Assembly: GCA_030916965.1 (NCBI GenBank)
Contig: JAUPVQ010000005.1
Coordinates: 1 to 50,581, forward strand
Length of the DNA stretch: 50,581 nt
Reading direction: 5' to 3'
Source: Patescibacteria group bacterium
GTDB lineage: Bacteria > Patescibacteriota > Minisyncoccia > Phycocordibacterales > UBA9973
Shown: piece after piece, positions 47,237-50,581 of the stretch
How the letters are laid out: each line of letters begins with the position of its first letter
Numbering within the stretch: the stretch's first letter is position 1
Notes under the pieces: generated by a model
Told to the model about the DNA's origin: nothing
Database searches by the model: none
What the model saw: only the letters and a program-made list of their open reading frames with translations
Position numbers and translations under genes: made by a program

Positions 47237-47413
47237 TGGGGCTGCTGGGACAATATAGCTGCTGGGAATCGGCCTTTACAAGCCCGGGTACTTTTCCGCC
47301 TCGCTTTGCTCGTATGGAAAAGTCTTTCGATTCCCAGGCGCACGTGAAGCAGTTCACGTGCTTAGCCCCCCAATTAAAAAAGACCCTTTCGGGCTTTTTT
47401 AATTGGGGGGCTA
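47237..47413. repeat. nested inverted and direct copies of the tRNA-His 3' end
   Basis: perfect 20-bp inverted repeat 47363-47382/47394-47413; T-arm copies at 47237-47250, 47258-47271 and 47326-47337. Confidence 0.75.
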
Positions 47414-47478
47414 CTGGGAATCGAACCCAGATCGAAGGTTCCACAAACCTCAGTGTTAACCGTTACACCATAACCCCC
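47406..47478 (-). tRNA. tRNA-His (GTG)
   Basis: cloverleaf GGGGTTA/TAGCCCC with G-1 and C73, anticodon loop TTGTGGA, GGTTCGATTCC T-arm; full CCA not encoded. Confidence 0.95.
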
Positions 47479-47569
47479 ATATACAACTCCTTATATAGCA
47501 AGGAGAGATTTATCATTTATACCAGAAAAACACTTATAAATCAAAGTTTGGTTAGATCGAGAGAATATA

Positions 47570-47989
47570 TTAAAAAGCAAAATTGTAAATAAAAGATAGA
47601 GTACAAATTAGTAGTGAAATAGATGCGGAACACATACACCACATACACCATTGTTTTATTTTGAATGCTTGTAAATATATTAGATAAAGAGAAAACAATG
47701 TAGCAAATAAACTAATATAAAATAAAATTATTGGGACAATTACTGGTAAAGAGCTTAGGTTGTACAAACCATACGAAAAAGCAATAAAGGCATAGTAGAA
47801 CATTCCTAAAATCTCAACTGGGATCCCGTATATTTTTGAGTAATCACTGTTGATCACAGTGTCGCAATCTGATCGGAGTGGACAAACCAACTTCTTTTTA
47901 GCCATTTTCTTGTTATGTATGTAGGAAGCTAAAATAAAACCCATAAGCCCAAGTAATATTAAGATTGTTTTAGAAAAGATTAATATCAT
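47570..47989 (-). CDS. vitamin K epoxide reductase family protein
   Basis: C.....CDTV..S.YS.IYGIP...LG..YY and Q...IKQWC.WC. Confidence 0.93.
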   Translation of the reverse strand: MILIFSKTILILLGLMGFILASYIHNKKMAKKKLVCPLRSDCDTVINSDYSKIYGIPVEILGMFYYAFIAFSYGLYNLSSLPVIVPIILFYISLFATLFSLYLIYLQAFKIKQWCMWCMCSASISLLICTLSFIYNFAF

Positions 47990-47990
47990 A

Positions 47991-49844
47991 TTATTTACAA
48001 ATAGTACTTGTTAATGGAACTTTTGTTTCTTTCATGCCGCCAACATTATCTAAGCACCACATTGTTGTTGGGTCGCTAGCAAGTGGAACAGATATTGCAT
48101 ATCCTTTTGATGTAGAGTAGCAACTTGCTATATTGTCCGTTGCATTAAGTACCAGTGCCATTGGCTCTGAATTATCAAATAGTGAACCTTTTGTAGGACT
48201 GGTGCAACTTCCGTTTGAGTTTGCCTTACCGTATGAATTTTTATTTTGGTCATAAAACAATTCTGCATGCGCACGCATATTTGCAAGATTGGCTTTGATT
48301 GCAGCGTCCTTGCCTCTTATTTTTGCCTTATTTACTTCTTCCATCATCGAGCGGGATACCTCTGGAACATCTATTGTGACATTCTCATTGATTTTTGAAA
48401 TTACAGAATTGATAGTGACCTTACCTTTTACTTTCATTGAATCCTTGATAATTATATCTTTTGTAGAAAGAACAAAGGTGAATTTCTTTGGGGTATATGT
48501 CCCCTTCACTACCCATACATCAGCTTTGATTTCATCAATAGAATCCATTTGGGAAAGAATTTCAGTCTTTTGTGAGTTGAGCTCAGGTTCGTCTGATATA
48601 TCAATCATTTTTGAAATAAAATTCTTTAATACCTCTTTGCTAACAAGAATCTGATAGTGACGGGTTGATTCGTTGTCGATTGTCTCTACTCCAACTTCAG
48701 TAATACTTTCTATAAACTTAGTCTCCTCTACAAGAGCTTTAATTTGTTTAATTTTTGCCTCATTATAAGGCACAGGAGATTCTTCCTTTGATAATTCCTT
48801 TATATCACTTTCATTAAATGCAAGCCAAGAATTTGGCTCCCCAGCGAATTCACTAATCATTCCTATGTCTGGAATTTTCATATAAAATGTTTTGTTAATC
48901 ATTCTGAATTCACTATCCAAATTGAGGCTGAAACCACCCAATATAGACATGTTCGCATTAGCGATAGCGCTCAGATTTATTGAGTCGGGGTTTGTAAGAT
49001 CAACATCCATGTCAGTCTTGATTTTAACCTTGTTTGTCATAGCCACTTTTTTGTCAGGACTGGAATCAGTATCTAGGATATTACTTGGATAAAGCTCAGT
49101 ATTATCCTTCATTGTATCCAATTCTTCAACAGTTATAGAAAGCTCTAGGTCCGTAGCTTGGTGAAGAGTTTTCATATCAGATAAATTACTCATCATTTTC
49201 GCCATTGCAACTTCTGGTGTCGGCTTGAAGAATGGGATTTCAAAAGGTAAATTTATATAACCTTTTATGCTTGCAAATATTGCTCCTCCTCCACCTAAAA
49301 TAAGTAGAATAAAAATTGTAATGAAAATAGATCGTACTATGTGGCTCTTTGGCTCCCCACTTATTGTTTCTAGGTTCTGATAATCCTTCCTATAAGAAGC
49401 TGTTACTGCTCCTTGTGGCAACGGACCTGGGGACATAATATTTGCAGTAACCATAGGCTGCACTTTTTGCTCTGGGCGAAAAGCATCAAAAGAGTTCATG
49501 CGTGGGTCCTGAGGTTGAGGTTGGGATTGAGGTTGAGGTTGGGATTGAGGTTGAGGTTGGGATTGAGGTTGAGGTTGTTTTGAATTTAGAACAGGTGAAG
49601 CTTCAATCTTCTTTATTGGGAGTGCACCAGCTGGGCCAACAACTTTTGGCATCAAGTTTGGTTTGAGTGGCTCTGGAGGGGTGAAAGTTGGTGTTGGAGA
49701 AGAAGTTGGGAAAAATTTCTCCAACCCTTCATTAATATCTTCTGTCTTCCACCCAGCATTTGATAATTTTAAAGAGATGTCTTCGCGCGATACTCCCTTT
49801 AATTTTTGAGCATCTATGTATTTTATTAGATCTTCATTTATCAT
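47991..49844 (-). CDS. membrane-anchored surface protein: Pro/Gln linker, TM, beta-rich domain, pilin-like C-terminus
   Basis: KAKIRGKDAAIKANLANMRAHAELFYD resembles the pilin helix; four C-terminal Cys. Confidence 0.65.
   Translation of the reverse strand: MINEDLIKYIDAQKLKGVSREDISLKLSNAGWKTEDINEGLEKFFPTSSPTPTFTPPEPLKPNLMPKVVGPAGALPIKKIEASPVLNSKQPQPQSQPQPQSQPQPQSQPQPQDPRMNSFDAFRPEQKVQPMVTANIMSPGPLPQGAVTASYRKDYQNLETISGEPKSHIVRSIFITIFILLILGGGGAIFASIKGYINLPFEIPFFKPTPEVAMAKMMSNLSDMKTLHQATDLELSITVEELDTMKDNTELYPSNILDTDSSPDKKVAMTNKVKIKTDMDVDLTNPDSINLSAIANANMSILGGFSLNLDSEFRMINKTFYMKIPDIGMISEFAGEPNSWLAFNESDIKELSKEESPVPYNEAKIKQIKALVEETKFIESITEVGVETIDNESTRHYQILVSKEVLKNFISKMIDISDEPELNSQKTEILSQMDSIDEIKADVWVVKGTYTPKKFTFVLSTKDIIIKDSMKVKGKVTINSVISKINENVTIDVPEVSRSMMEEVNKAKIRGKDAAIKANLANMRAHAELFYDQNKNSYGKANSNGSCTSPTKGSLFDNSEPMALVLNATDNIASCYSTSKGYAISVPLASDPTTMWCLDNVGGMKETKVPLTSTICK
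49510..49577. repeat. 18-bp tandem repeat x ~3.8
   Basis: TGAGGTTGAGGTTGGGAT units encoding QPQPQS. Confidence 0.9.
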
Positions 49845-49866
49845 GATTATATTATATCATCTATAT

Positions 49867-50442
49867 TTAAAATTCATAGGCAATCAAGTGACGAGCGAGC
49901 TGTCTTTTTTTTCTCAAGAGATCAATTTCTGCAACAGCAGCCTTTTGGGTGAATTTAAATGTTGCAGACACCAGGCGCGCTCCAGGAGGTAGCTCTTTCT
50001 CAAGCTTACCGAGCATGTCATCCATAATTTGTGGATATAAATATACAAATATATGTGTAGCCTTGGATAAATCATGTTTAAAAAAATCTTCTCTTAAGAT
50101 TTGTACATTATCACCATGGCCCATTTTCTTGTTCCACCAAGAAATCGTCTTCGCCACATAGTAAGGGAAGACCCCATTTTCGATACCGATAAATGTTGCC
50201 TTCGGATTCTTTTTCGCCAGGTATCTTAATACCCTTGCGTCTCCACACCCTAGGTCATAAACTACGCTATCGGATTGTATATCGAGAGCTTTTTCAATAT
50301 CTGGCAAAATAGAAAATGGCACAGAAATAAATGGTACTTTGGTTGTGATTGCGCTATACATCCAAACAAGCATCACAAAAAGTATGATGAATAAAAAGAA
50401 AACCAAAACCCACTCTAAGGAATAGAGAAATATTAAATGCAT
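49867..50442 (-). CDS. membrane-anchored class I SAM-dependent methyltransferase
   Basis: VPF.S, YDLGCGDAR motif I, GIE, A..IFVYL.P, ARLVS..F. Confidence 0.9.
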   Translation of the reverse strand: MHLIFLYSLEWVLVFFLFIILFVMLVWMYSAITTKVPFISVPFSILPDIEKALDIQSDSVVYDLGCGDARVLRYLAKKNPKATFIGIENGVFPYYVAKTISWWNKKMGHGDNVQILREDFFKHDLSKATHIFVYLYPQIMDDMLGKLEKELPPGARLVSATFKFTQKAAVAEIDLLRKKRQLARHLIAYEF

Positions 50443-50581
50443 TTGTAGATTATAACATAATTTGTGTCTCTATTGTACCAAGTTAGAACCTATTTTCAAA
50501 ATCGCTGATACAGCGTTCCCCGCGCGCTGAAGCGCCTCTGTGCTTCGCACAGAGCTTTCCAAAATGGAAAGTGCGGGAAAA

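Noticed and set aside
47237-47478. Intact prophage or genomic island at tRNA-His
   Set aside because: No integrase or phage genes; the duplicated ends are under 200 bp from the tRNA.
47226-47592. ORFs 47226-47444 (-) and 47236-47592 (+)
   Set aside because: They overlap tRNA-His and its palindromic trailer.
330-50161. Many 60-150 aa ORFs antisense to or overlapping clear genes (e.g. 330-632, 6529-6942, 14743-15201, 19451-19903, 38962-39528)
   Set aside because: Shadow ORFs of well-supported genes, with no motifs or expression signals.

Overview
AT-rich bacterial chromosome segment. It is most consistent with a Patescibacteria/CPR (Parcubacteria-like) genome: short intergenic gaps, few Shine-Dalgarno sites, many -10 boxes 6-7 nt before the ATG, no rplA after rplK, and an IleRS with an inserted phosphatase domain. 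Most genes are housekeeping: rpsF-ssb-rpsR, tatD, metG, glyQS, recO, ileS, argS, a dTTP/folate/nucleotide-sanitising cluster, secE-nusG-rplK, a MacAB-like exporter, disulfide-bond proteins, GH130 enzymes, a Pif1-like helicase and tRNA-His. The main find is a compact tryptophan-sensing module between thyA and folA: a 40-bp perfect TrpR-type operator, an unannotated Trp-Trp leader peptide with a full four-segment attenuator, a Trp-free protein of unknown function (DUF6875-like), and trpR with a second operator. A second notable system is a family of hairpin-plus-tail repeats that bracket a DUF559 nuclease gene and also sit in frame inside metG. Smaller finds are a Pro-Pro leader-peptide attenuator, an ileS T-box combining an ultrashort Stem I with a terminator, several unannotated small ORFs, and a tRNA-derived inverted-repeat element. 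Family calls come from motif recognition only; no database searches were run.
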